From Massalongia carnosa (lineage: Eukaryota), in contig OZ287081.1 of NCBI GenBank assembly GCA_965645245.1, positions 744,001 to 808,000 of the forward strand: a stretch of DNA of 64,000 nt, written 5' to 3'. A model generated the notes under the pieces. The model had not been told where the DNA came from, made no database searches, and saw nothing but the letters and a program-made list of their open reading frames with translations. A program made the translations under genes and the position numbers. Each line of letters starts with the position of its first letter. The stretch's first letter is position 1. Positions 52,967-64,000 of this stretch are shown here, piece after piece.

Positions 52967-55103
52967 TCCTAGTACCACCTATGATGGTGGAGCTCTAGTA
53001 GTTTCTTCCCTTACTTCCCATGGGACCCAACCATATTGCGTTTTCTCTTCTGCAAAGATCCTAACGACGATACATACCTCGCGCTTGTGGCGCGTTTACA
53101 TTGACGGGCCATTTGCCGCTCGCCCACATGCGCCATCTCCTCCCACCTGATAGATTATTCATTCCGCCAGCAGGTCAGTTGACTTCTTATTCTATTTAAC
53201 TAGCATATAGCAGAGGTTTCGGATAGAAATGCTCCGTATCCTTTCATTTGAATATCCAAAAGATTAAATCAAAGCATCATTCTGTTCATTTTCCATCATC
53301 ATGACTGTCATAGAATGAAATTGATTATAGCAAGGCGGATATTGGCAGCACTTAGAAGAATTAGATAAACTGTTCCTATTTCTCTTCTTTTCTGGCTGTG
53401 AGGCCCTAGGTCGAATGCTAGGTGTTGCGAGTTTATCAATGAACCAGAACAGTACTGATTTGTATTCTCTTCCACACTTTCACTCTCAGCCAAGAAGATG
53501 ATTTCATTCTTTTTGTCATGAAGAAACCACACAAGCGCATCTATCCTCCGCACTAATTCTAGGCCAATAAATATATTTTTCTTTCTCTTAGTCATGATAG
53601 CAAGCGTTCTTCTTGAGCATATTTTGCTTTGGATTTTCAGCCTCAATCGATTGAAGGGCTTCTTATATGCTAGCTCGGTGCTATGCCTTATACACTTCAG
53701 GAGTGAGTGCTCGTTCAACCCGAAGCGAATGTGGTGTCTATAATGTACTTTCGCGCCCCGATGTGCTTTGCCAACTTCGACCCCGTGATGCAAAAAAGAA
53801 TTGCTGCTACCTCAAGTGCAATACGATGAATATATAAGGCTTCAACATACCACTTACAGCACTCTGTTGTTATCAAGACAATGCTTCACAACCATTGGCT
53901 TGAGTTGCTGCTGACGTTTTTCTACACCCGGCATTGTAATGATAGGTCAACAGCAACCCCTTTCTGTGGCCATGACGGTAGGTTCTTTTGTTTTCTTATT
54001 CGCCTCCTTGATCGTACGCTGCGAAAGCTGACCGTAATCATAGAATGCAACATGATCGGCTGCGACTGTGAGTGTACGTAAATGGAGCTTCAGGATTCCA
54101 CACATTGGCCGATTGCGGCAAGATCAAGCTATCAGACCACCAGTGTTAGAATCCGCAATCTACCTAATTAAAATAGTAGCAAAAAGAGAAATAGGAGGTT
54201 AACGCTAAAGTGGCGAGAAGATTTGCGTTTTTAGCTTTTCTTTTACCCTCAAACACATTCTTTTTCAAGTACCACAGCCAATTCAGAAATAAATATTTGA
54301 GCTTGAATGTATTTGTTAATGCTCCTACCCTCTCCTCCCACATCCCATCCCACATCGCCCCTTAAGCGCTCAGCCCATCTTTCACCCTATCATTATCTTC
54401 AGCACTCAACCTAAACGAAAAGCCATACACACAGCCATAAATATAGACATAGATAACCACAAAAATAAGACCGACCCCCCTTAAAATCCGATAAGAAGAT
54501 CTGGCAAAGCTACCAAACAAGAGCCGGGAGCACAACACAAAAACGCAAGTTTTAACCCAGAGAGATTATATATATACATGGAGGGTAACCGAACCGCTTG
54601 GACAAAGGTCAATCTTTGATATTGGCGTGTTACAGATCCAACCCCAGGGGTGAGTGGGGAGGCGGTAGAGGAGGAGATAGGGAGAGGGATAGAGGGGAGG
54701 AAGGAGAGGGAAGGGGGTAAAATAGGAGAGGGGAGTGGTGGGTTTTATTTTTGTTAATTTTGATTTAAGGATCGGCGCTGTAGATATATCCCAACCCCCC
54801 CAAGTACCTCAGCGAAGCACCTCCTGTGCTCGTGCGGGTAATCGTTTCGGGGAAGGATGTTTTTCATTCAAAGCTTCACAGAAGGGGGCTTGTGTATTAG
54901 CCAAGAGCAATAAGCTAGAGACTTCTGTCTGCCTGTCAGTCTCCAAATCGAACTAGCTTAAAGAAAAAAAGTAATACATCCATCTTCCGAAGTCATGCTT
55001 GACGGAGTAATCTACCAAATGAATTCATTGTCCAGAAGCCATTTCCTGCCTCCCTCGGCAAGCCAGCCACAGCTCCAAACCCCCCCTTTGCTTCGACGCT
55101 TGA

Positions 55104-56984
55104 TCATTCCTCAGCAGCGTCCGCTTCCTCCGGCTCGGCGCCAGCTTCGTCCTCGTCGCCTTCGTCAAAGGTGCTCAGGGGGACCTCGTAGAGCCGCAAC
55201 AGGCTTTTATTTGGATCCTTGACGAGAACGTACTTGCCCTCCTTCATGCTGCGGACCATGTCGATGATAGTACGTACGATGCCCCATCCGTTGGAGAGGT
55301 TAAGGTTCATCTGTTCGGCAAATTTACGGGGGTCGTAACCAACGACGCCGAGGATCACGTGGCGGTCGTTGGACTTGGGGGTGGCGCGGGAGACAAATCT
55401 AGGGGTTTGTTAGAGAAGCTAGGAAGTGCTTGGAAAACTCTGGCCGAAAGGGTACAAGGTGATAAGGGTGAAAGAAGCGTGGTTACTGACCCTAGTTTCA
55501 TTACATCAGCTTTTGCTAGGATGCTTTGAACCGTCCATCGCGCCAATTTACAGCTGTTGTTTTTCATTTCTGTTGCCACAACAGCACCTCGCTGACTTGT
55601 CAGTTTGGTCCGCCAATCTAATGCACCTCCACTTCCTTGGGCCTTGTGGTCGAATTCATTGAGTGCTTTTACTGTTAGAAGCTGATCTTCACCACTAATA
55701 TTATTTTTGACCACGGCATCAATTTCAGTTCGGACAATTAGATGTAGAGGATCTTCATCTTTTTCAAGGGAGAGATCGAATCGTCGGTATTTATAAGCCT
55801 TTGAAGCTAATGGTTCAGTCTCTTCTGAAGGGTTATAGAACGGGTTTTCGTGCTGCATTTCAAACTTGGAAGTCTCCGACTCCATGACCGTTTGATTTGC
55901 GAAATTGTGGTTGATGAAAGTAGCTTCCAAAGCAAGAGCTCCAGGAAAATTAATGGAGTCCTTATTTCCTTCCGAGGCTTCTAAAGGCGCATCTGCTGCA
56001 TTTTCATTAACGCTGACCATGTCCAAAGACGATCCCTCGCGTTTGTCCAGATAAATTTTATTGCCTTGGCGGGTGATGACAATATCCCAAGAATATACAG
56101 ACCGAGGAGCACACATAAGCATGGAGAGAATGTTGTCCGTAGCGAAGATAGTAGCTTCATCTTTTTCGGCCAAGTCTTGGATGATAGGGTCTGAAGAGGT
56201 GGTGACGTTGTAGGCTGCGCGATCAACGACATTGAGCTTACGCTCGGTGTTTTTGACGGGCGGCTTATCGTATGAACGGTCATAGTAATATAGGAATCCG
56301 TAGCTGTCAATATCTTCGCCAGCACTAGTCTCCAGGTTTAGTTTTGCTAGTCGATTAAAATCAATTTCTTCCAACATGTGCCAGTCAGGTTTAATGTTGA
56401 CCGAGGAGTCTCTGTTTCGTTGAGGCTTGTCATAATCTTTCCAGCCAAACCTTCGGCCGCGGCCTCCTCGCCCTCCACGCTGATCATAGTAGCCCCCTTG
56501 TTGGCCGCCCCGCCCCCCAACGCGCTGGAAGGTGCTACCCCGTCCACCACGTTGATCACGACCTCCGCGCCCGCGCCCTCGGAAAATGGTCCCACCACCG
56601 CGACCAAAACCTCTCGTCTTCGCTGATGTGCGTGTATTATCAACAACGGAGAATGTAGATTCATCTTCTGCAACCTGTATAGCGAAAAGACTTGACGTGC
56701 CAGCGCCGTAAACTTGCTGATCTGAAATGAGACGTCAACACCGAATTTTGAGGTTCTAAACTGAGCATAACCAACCCACCTCTGTAGTTTCTGTTGTATT
56801 GTTGCCTGCCGCCTCTTCCATCTCTACCGTCTTTGCCTTCGGATGCCCAATCTGCCATTCTCCCTAGCTTGTCGCCTTTCGAGTATGGAGCATAAGGAAC
56901 TCCATCGACCAAGGCATCTGTAGTTGTGGGAGGACCCCATGTTTCGTCCGAAGGTAATGCAGTTACTAAGGAGGATAAAGACAT
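55104..56984 (-). CDS. Translation initiation factor eIF3 subunit D (Moe1-like)
   Basis: [23 protein letters not shown]-rich linker, [51 protein letters not shown]; two introns. Confidence 0.95.
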
Positions 56985-57391
56985 GTTGCAGTGGTATCTT
57001 AACAATTTGCAGTTTGATTCGAAAAAGTTTAGTGCGCAAAGTTCTGTCGCCTATCGAAACATACTTTATCGCATTTAGCGCAACCGAAGCGTCTTAAAGT
57101 TTAAGATAGGCGAGCGAAGCTTTTACCCGGATGCCGCAGTCTTGCATCTTGGATTTTTTAGATCTCCATCCTTAGTGGACATTTATAGCGCAATGACACT
57201 TACAGAGTTTTTCATGGCCAACCAAACTGATGTACTAGGGATTGGAAAATTTAGAAAGTTTTAATTGGCATGGGTAAATAGAAGCACGACAGACAGGCAA
57301 AAAAAATGCTCACTCCATTAACATTGCGGATAGCGGTTACGGCTGTGAACATCCGAAATCACATGAACTCCAGGAAAAAAATCAAGCGCCA

Positions 57392-58631
57392 TCAGGCCCG
57401 TTTCCGCAAAACACGCCTCTCCGCAGGCGGAGCTTCTACCATTGTATGAGCCTTCTTCCCCATCGCACGACCCCCAGCAATAAGATTTTTCTTTTTGGTG
57501 GCAGCTGATGTAGCAGTTGTGGCAGGCCTCCCCTTTTTCAGGATCGTAGTCCCTGTCGATGTATTGGACGCGTTACTGCTATTACTAACCGATCGACTTT
57601 CAACAAGGGCATTGAGTACTCCCCGCTTCGGCCTTGCTGCAGCTGGCTTTGCAGTTGTCACTGGATTAGTGGTCTTACGTCCCGAGTTGGCTTTAGCGCG
57701 TGCTGGCTTGGTCTTATCGACTGTCACACTCGTTAAGTTTGCTACTGCTGTGATTGCGGTAGCTTTTGCGGGTGAAGCAGACTTTGGTGGTAACATAGAT
57801 TTCAGTGGTGATGCTGGATGTGACATGTAAGATTTCTGAGGCGAACCTAGTGGAGGACGTATTGGCGAGTGTGGAAGAGTACGAGAATTTGACGATTTGG
57901 GTGATAAGATTGTAGATGGATTGGTTACTTGGCGCGTCCTAGCTCCAGTGGCGACTTTGGTACGTTTTTTGGGGTTAGGCAATGCCTGCAAATGCTCAAC
58001 AACATTTTCCTTATCCGCGCTCTCCATATCATCGCTATAAAAGGAAATTGTTAGTTACGCTCCGTTGAGACGGAAAACCATGCAGCTAACACACCTTTTC
58101 CTTTTTGTTCCTCTGATTTGAGTAGATCCTACCGTCTTTAAGCCCTCTGGGTTCGAAGATGCCATCGCTAATGGTAGGGCTTTGCTTGACGGTTTAGTCT
58201 CTGCAATAATAGAGGAAAGCATACATTGCTCCGGTTTCATAATTTCCATATATTTCGTGAACAGCTCGCCCATCTTTTCGCTTCGGAGAGAGGTTGGTAT
58301 GCGGTTGATACGTAGCTCAATGCGAGTCCGAAGGCTTTGAGCTTGTAATGCGTATTGAGCTCTTAATTTTCGCGCGCGTTCTGTAACTAAAATATATTTA
58401 GCTATATACTTCCAGAAGATATTAAGGTTATAGACTCTCACCTTCTAGCTGTAGGTTATCAATCAGCGCCTGCTTCTGGCCTTGAGTAATTCCTATAATT
58501 CTGGTTCGTGGGACGGTGCTGGGTGTCGTAGCGGAAGATTTTATGGCGACGGTTTGCTGACGCGGAGGAAATTCATTTATTTGATAAGATTGTGTGGAGG
58601 ATTTGGGCATCTTAATACGACTAGGTGCCAT
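57392..58631 (-). CDS. Borealin/Nbl1 N-terminal domain protein (chromosomal passenger complex), 3 exons
   Basis: ITQGQKQALIDNLQLE|ITERARKLRAQYALQAQSLRTRIELRINRIP..LR...MGEL followed by a basic low-complexity tail ending RRVLRKRA. Confidence 0.8.
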
Positions 58632-58898
58632 ATTCGAAGTGCGTATATGGTTGTTTGCAATATGTAAACTTCTTGAGTTATAAGATGTGGATTTTGTTGG
58701 AGGTGCAAGATGTAAACAAACAGGGATGTGGTAGGGCGGAAATAGCCGTACATGTGTAAGGCTTGGCGCTTGACACTAGTTAGAGCAAGAGAGCTTCTAG
58801 CTAAAGCTGTCATCTCACAGCTTTCGTGATTCACAAGCGAAAGATCGCTCCAGCGAATCTCTTACATTCTTCCCACTTTTAACTGAAAATCTGACAGT

Positions 58899-60001
58899 AT
58901 GGTACTTGAGGCTACCATGATAGTGTAAGTTACGGCGAAGCTTCTTCTCGGCCCCACAAATCACTAAGTCTATACAGGGTGGACAACAGCGAGAGTAGCA
59001 GGAACGGCGACTATGTGTAAGCTCTCGTGGTTTAGGTTCCAGTAAACCAAGTACTCATCTAATACACTTGTAGGCCTTCACGATGGGAAGCCCAGTCGGA
59101 CGCTGTCAACCTTATTTTCCATGCAAAAACACAAACGAATCCCGAATCTTCGGTTGGTCTTATGAGTATGGGGGGCAAAGGCCCAGAGGTGTTGGTGACC
59201 TTGACGACCGATTTTGGAAAGATTTTAGAAGGTATTCACAGGACGAAGATAAGAGGTAGCATGCATCTTGCCACAGGTATACAGATAGCAGGTGTAGGTC
59301 CTTGGATATATTACCAAAAGCTCCTCGAAACCCATTCTGACCGCGATCTTATCTAGCTTGCGCTCAAGCATCGTCAGAACAAGGCACAGAAGCAACGCAT
59401 AATTGTATTCACCTGCTCTCCGATTGACGAGGACGAGAAGACCTTAATCAAGCTTGCCAAGAGAATGAAAAAGAACACTATATCTATCGACTTTATCGCC
59501 TTCGGTGACCTTGAGCCCGAGAACACAAAGAAGTTAGAAGTATTCAACGAACACATCAAGACTACAGACGGCTCACATCTTGCCCTAATACCGCCAGGAC
59601 CGAATCTACTTAGCGATCACCTTGCAACAACAGAAATATTGGCCGGAGATGGTGTTGGCCCAAGGGGCGGGGACACTGGGGTGGATGGTGGCGTGGAATC
59701 TGGTGGTGGAGCATTTGACTTCGGCGTTGACCCGAGCGCTGATCCAGAACTCGCCTTAGCACTTCGGATGAGCATGGAAGAAGAGAAAGCACGGCAGGAA
59801 AAGGAAGGTGCCAAAGCACAGGGGGAAGCCTCGAAAGAGTCAACTCTGGAGGGTATTCCGGAAGAAGGGGGGGAAACCCAGCCATTACTCGCGGAGAACG
59901 GAGAAGCTAGCGGAAGTGGAGATGCTCCTAAGCCGGACGATGAGAAGGACAAGAACGGTAGGAAAGATGATGGGGATGGCGATAAGATGGATACAGCATA
60001 G
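58899..60001 (+). CDS. RPN10: 26S proteasome regulatory subunit Rpn10 (vWA + UIM)
   Basis: MVLEATMIV|VDNSESSRNGDY, NPESSVGLMSMGG, LALKHRQNK, FGVDPSADPELALALRMSMEEE. Confidence 0.96.
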
Positions 60002-60313
60002 CTTTACTTTTTACATAGCCAGGCGTTTAGGCAAATGGACATAGCTAGCGTTTCCGAATGCTCACTTAAAAATCTTTATTCCAAAGAGCCCTTCTTGGTT
60101 CAAGTTCTAAGGCATTGAGATTGGTACTATTCTAATCGATTTAGAAGATCGACCTTTTCAATTTTACCATGAAAATGCCAGCACGTAGTATCTGCCTACC
60201 CGCGAGCGTCCCTTCAGACAGCATGTAAGCGGGAAATAGGTTGAAGGTGTTCCTTCTATCGAGAGCTTGTCCATCCGACTCCCCTTCCCCCTCTACCTAC
60301 TCTGCCAATCCCT

Positions 60314-60882
60314 CTATTTTGTTCTAATATAACTCATCAAATGTCGGTCAAAGGCCTCACACCGTATGGGCATCTCCATCTGATAGAACGGGTTTTTGGT
60401 CACATAGTCCGCGTACAAATCATACACCTTCCGCATGATCAAGTCTACATTCGGTTGATGCGGCTCCGTGAACAATAGGAACTTGGTGCCGCTGTGCGTC
60501 TGGAAGCAGGTGAGCCGGAACTGCGACGTTTCAAGCACTTCGAGACCCGTGCGCTGGGAGGAGGAGAGTCCTAGTAGCGAAGGCGTGAGAGACTTAGTGA
60601 TTGCGTGGACACTACTAAGAGTAAGAGGTTGATAATGGAATAGGGAAGAGGGTTATGAGAGGTGGATGATGTAGTAGAAATGGAGGGGGTGGATGTAAGA
60701 TACATACCCATGAAATGTGCCTGCGAGAACTAGGTAGTCATTTATAGAGAGTTTGTTAAGGGCAGTATTGAAGTCGCGCTGGTAGACTAGGCCGCCAGCC
60801 TTGTTGATGATGATCAGGGAATAGACGACCCTGGCGAAAGTGAGCGGTGGCTCATGAGGGCGAGAGACCTTAACACGGACAT
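60314..60882 (-). CDS. TRS23: TRAPP complex subunit Trs23 (sybindin family), 3 exons
   Basis: MVVYSLIIINKAGGLVYQRDF, NDYLVLAGTFHGVHAI, FQTHSGTKFLLF, YADYVTKNPFYQMEMPIRCEAFD. Confidence 0.94.
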
Positions 60883-61093
60883 AACTTAGGGGTTCTGCTG
60901 GGTGATCCTAACGGTCGTACTTGGGCGTTGGGGATAATGCGCGCTCCTTGTGCCATCCTGATGCCTCAATGGGAGTCCGGTGATGCGCGGGAAGTATTCC
61001 CGGCACTCTCATTTCATCCTACTCTCACTTATTGCACATCGTGGAACACCACCATGGTAATGAAAAATTCAAAATAGCTACCTCTTTTTCTAC

Positions 61094-61235
61094 TGTCTGT
61101 TTGTGTTTATGACCATGTCTGTTTGTGTTTATGACCATGTCTGTTTGTGTTTATGACCATGTCTGTTTGTGTTTATGACCATGTCTGTTTGTGTTTATGA
61201 CCATGTCTGTTTGTGTTTATGACCATGTCTGTTTG
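61094..61235 (+). repeat. Perfect 22-bp tandem repeat (TGTCTGTTTGTGTTTATGACCA) x6 plus 10-bp partial
   Basis: Units start at 61094, 61116, 61138, 61160, 61182, 61204 with no mismatches and no spacers. Confidence 0.97.
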
Positions 61236-61764
61236 CGGTCGTTACTGTAAATATTCCTGGCTGCTTGCAGCCTATAATTTACCTTGTACTGCAATGACTC
61301 CGCGTTTAGTACTAAAGAAAGGGATATGGCTAAATGCCCATCCGAAAAAGGGCCCGTTTTATATACTATACACTGTCTTGCCTCTCCATGCCTCAGGGTT
61401 TCAGGCTATTACAGTGACATTAAATCTTTTTTCCCCCCTTCCCAGGCTCCGCCTTGTACCAATCAATCTTTCGAGGTCCATCCCTGCTGTAGGTCTTTTG
61501 CGTTGTACCACAAAGTATCATTGCTGTTTATGGTTTCTCTAAGGAAGTAAACACTAAAGCCTGATGTCCGCCTAGAAGCAATCAATCAAGCGCAGCCAAG
61601 CACGCAGACCTTATCAGCACAGGAAGAGACCTCGCAGAAGCATCCTTTATCAATAAGTGAAGAACAAAGACACAAGAGTTACAAGAAGGTGAAGCAAATG
61701 GTGGAACCCAAAAATGCTCAGGCAAGGATCGAACACGTTGTGAGCTGCTTGCTTCGAGTTAGAA

Positions 61765-63336
61765 GTGCTGAATCCTGATATAAATTGTCATACACAGAGG
61801 TTTTGTGATGATAGATTGAAGGCGAATATCTCGGTCAAGGTGTTTAAGCATGTACTAATCTGTCATCAACCGGCTTCGGTGGATAGGTTTGGGAGACCAT
61901 ATGCTGACGTCGCGCACAACGATACCTCTTCCTCCAGCGAGACGGAAGCGGGAGAACTTCAGCACGAAATCTCAAACGTAGCCACAGCTGAAGTGCGTTT
62001 CCAAACGCAAGCTAGGAATGCACAAAGTTTCAAAGGTAAAAAAAACACACGTGGAGAATGTCGCCTCGAGGCCTCGACCAGGAAGTCTTGCTCTGAATAT
62101 ATCAGAAAAAGTGTTGGTTTCGCAAGCCCTAGTCTTTTGCAATCATCTCTTCGAAAACAAGGGTCTCGGAAAACTGTCCGTCATATTCTCGTCCTATATT
62201 TTGCATTCATCGTTTCCTTCTTTCTCACCTACCGTCTTCCTATTACAGGCAGCATTTACTTCTTTAAAGCGCCTTCTTCTCCAAGATCCAATTTCAGTTT
62301 CACTCAACCTACGTTCAATGATATCCTCAACTGTACCCACACGAAGTTTCTCAAGGTGGTTAATTTGGCGTACCCTTTATTATTCGTTCCCGATTCACTG
62401 GTGAATATAGACAGTGCTATTCTCGACATTGACCTGAGTATCGGATTTTCAAACTCGTCTGAACGCCTCAAACTGGACCATTGTCTCCACAACTACCATA
62501 CGGCTACTTCATCTGTGCGAGGTACTCTAGCAACTTTCTCCATAGGACTCAATTCAGCGCTGTATTGGATGCTTTATAGTACCAACAAAACCATTACAGA
62601 TCTCAGCACAGTTACCACTAAGGCTTCGAAATGGAGGATAGTCAACTCGAGTTCGTTTCCCGAAAATTGGCTCACGCATGATCTTACCCATAGCTACTCC
62701 ATTATCCATCAGATTATGATCTTTCTTGTTCCTTTCGTCCTCCACCCTTTCATTCCCTTTCACATTCCCTACTCTCAGCCGCCTCCAGTTATTAGCGCCA
62801 AGTCCTTTACAGCTTTTCAGTTCAGGGAGAACTGGAAACGTGTCGATTTGACGCTCTCCACAGTCCCTACTCTGATTCGCAAGGCTGGCAATCTACATAC
62901 TCATTTCCAAGATCTTCAACCTCACCTCAAGGAAGTTTTTATTAATATCCTGCACTATCATTACCAGGACTTGATAGTGCGCAGCGACTCCGAGGCACGA
63001 GGCCGGCCGTGGACAAAATTTTGGATCGATTATAGTAGGAAGAAGACACAGACGTTACACTATTCGATTAGCGCGGCGAAAGTGTTACTAGAAGCTGATC
63101 GAGAGCTGAAAGAGTGGGTAGAACATATCGAGAAGGTGTTTTTGGCATTGAAAGAGGTACAATCAGACTGGAAGGAAATTGACGAGGCAACGAATATTTG
63201 GATCTCACCCGGCGGAGGCAAAGAGAAAGAGTGGAGATCAGATATGCCAATGGCGCACTATGTGGAGGGCCTGAAGTTGGCCATGGAGGAGTTGGCATTT
63301 CTGCAGGCAACTTGGTCGACACCAGCCGTCCAATGA
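61765..63336 (+). CDS. Hypothetical membrane-anchored helical protein (true start/5' exons uncertain)
   Basis: 523-codon stop-free frame; hydrophobic segments HILVLYFAFIVSFFLTY and IIHQIMIFLVPFVLHPF; amphipathic helical C-terminus. Confidence 0.6.
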   Translation: MLNPDINCHTQRFCDDRLKANISVKVFKHVLICHQPASVDRFGRPYADVAHNDTSSSSETEAGELQHEISNVATAEVRFQTQARNAQSFKGKKNTRGECRLEASTRKSCSEYIRKSVGFASPSLLQSSLRKQGSRKTVRHILVLYFAFIVSFFLTYRLPITGSIYFFKAPSSPRSNFSFTQPTFNDILNCTHTKFLKVVNLAYPLLFVPDSLVNIDSAILDIDLSIGFSNSSERLKLDHCLHNYHTATSSVRGTLATFSIGLNSALYWMLYSTNKTITDLSTVTTKASKWRIVNSSSFPENWLTHDLTHSYSIIHQIMIFLVPFVLHPFIPFHIPYSQPPPVISAKSFTAFQFRENWKRVDLTLSTVPTLIRKAGNLHTHFQDLQPHLKEVFINILHYHYQDLIVRSDSEARGRPWTKFWIDYSRKKTQTLHYSISAAKVLLEADRELKEWVEHIEKVFLALKEVQSDWKEIDEATNIWISPGGGKEKEWRSDMPMAHYVEGLKLAMEELAFLQATWSTPAVQ

Positions 63337-64000
63337 AAGACTGCCTGTCTTGGAAAAATGGATAATGAGAGGAGCTGACATGTGTCATGTCTCGCAGCAT
63401 TGTAACTCAAGTGCTCCTGAATTATCCATGGCTTCCCAGCGTCATTTGCCGCAGTGAGAAATATATTCCCCAAGCTATGCTGTACGAGGCGCAATTTTAC
63501 TGTGACACTCACTAGGCGGGATCTTGACACCACACCACTATCAAGGACTTATGTTCAGAAAAGCCTCATCAATAGATATAAGTATTTAGAGGACGAGTAA
63601 CACTTCTCTGAGGCTTTTTGCCCTGATGATCAGTTGAGATGATTTACGTCTTGACCAGATGAGGTGAAATGAATGGCATTGATCTATAGATGATTTTCTA
63701 GCTAGGTATGCCGCCAGGGGATAGATCAAGAGATGTCTCCGAAGGAAGAAAGAATGTGGGGGATGAAGAATTTTTACCTGTGCCGCGGTGGCAATGTCAT
63801 GTGACGGGCATGTGACGGGCCCGTTGACCAATGTTGGTTAATGCCAGTATAGCTGACATTTGACAACTTCTTTTGCAGCCCCCATCATTGTATATTTCGC
63901 TATTTCTCCATCGCTGAACGATCTACCTACCTATCATTGCTTTTTCCTTGCAGGATCTGATTATGTTATTCTGGAATTTTCCTAAGAGAGAAAAGCTTTA

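Noticed and set aside
53308..53793. 161-aa minus-strand ORF between TRM5 and eIF3d
   Set aside because: TTG start, no recognisable motif, composition typical of a chance frame.
56347..56673. Apparent frameshift or separate ORF in eIF3d
   Set aside because: The real RGG-rich exon is in frame with ORF 55355-56377 and simply lacks an ATG; the listed ORF is a shadow frame.
61094..61235. CRISPR-like array
   Set aside because: Units are directly adjacent with no unique spacers, there are no cas genes, and the context is eukaryotic.

Overview
Gene-dense nuclear DNA of a filamentous ascomycete (Pezizomycotina-type genes, short GT-AG introns with CTRAY branch points). It holds about 17 recognisable housekeeping genes: ATP1 (partial), MPO1-like, RPB7, DAP2, NAD(P)HX dehydratase, SPT2, RPP2, RPS15, ERG26, RIM15, kinesin-3, a PX/DUF3818 protein, ARS2/SERRATE, TspO, TRM5, eIF3d, a Borealin/Nbl1-domain protein, RPN10 and TRS23, plus two hypothetical genes. 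The main accessory element is a ~7.95 kb three-layer transposon nest (15346-23296) 262 bp upstream of ERG26. An old, intron-containing, transition-riddled pogo/Fot1 element with TIRs and a TA target duplication carries (i) a young 5'-truncated Tad1-like LINE with a 13-bp TSD, (ATC)7 tail and hairpin-rich 3' UTR, and (ii) a second, near-intact but one-ended pogo element. Other oddities are a GC-AG intron, a start codon split by an intron, a perfect 22-bp VNTR, and recurrent C-rich-to-G-rich strand-skew flips. I found no convincing evidence of a wholly new biological system. All gene identities come from motif recognition by eye, not database searches.
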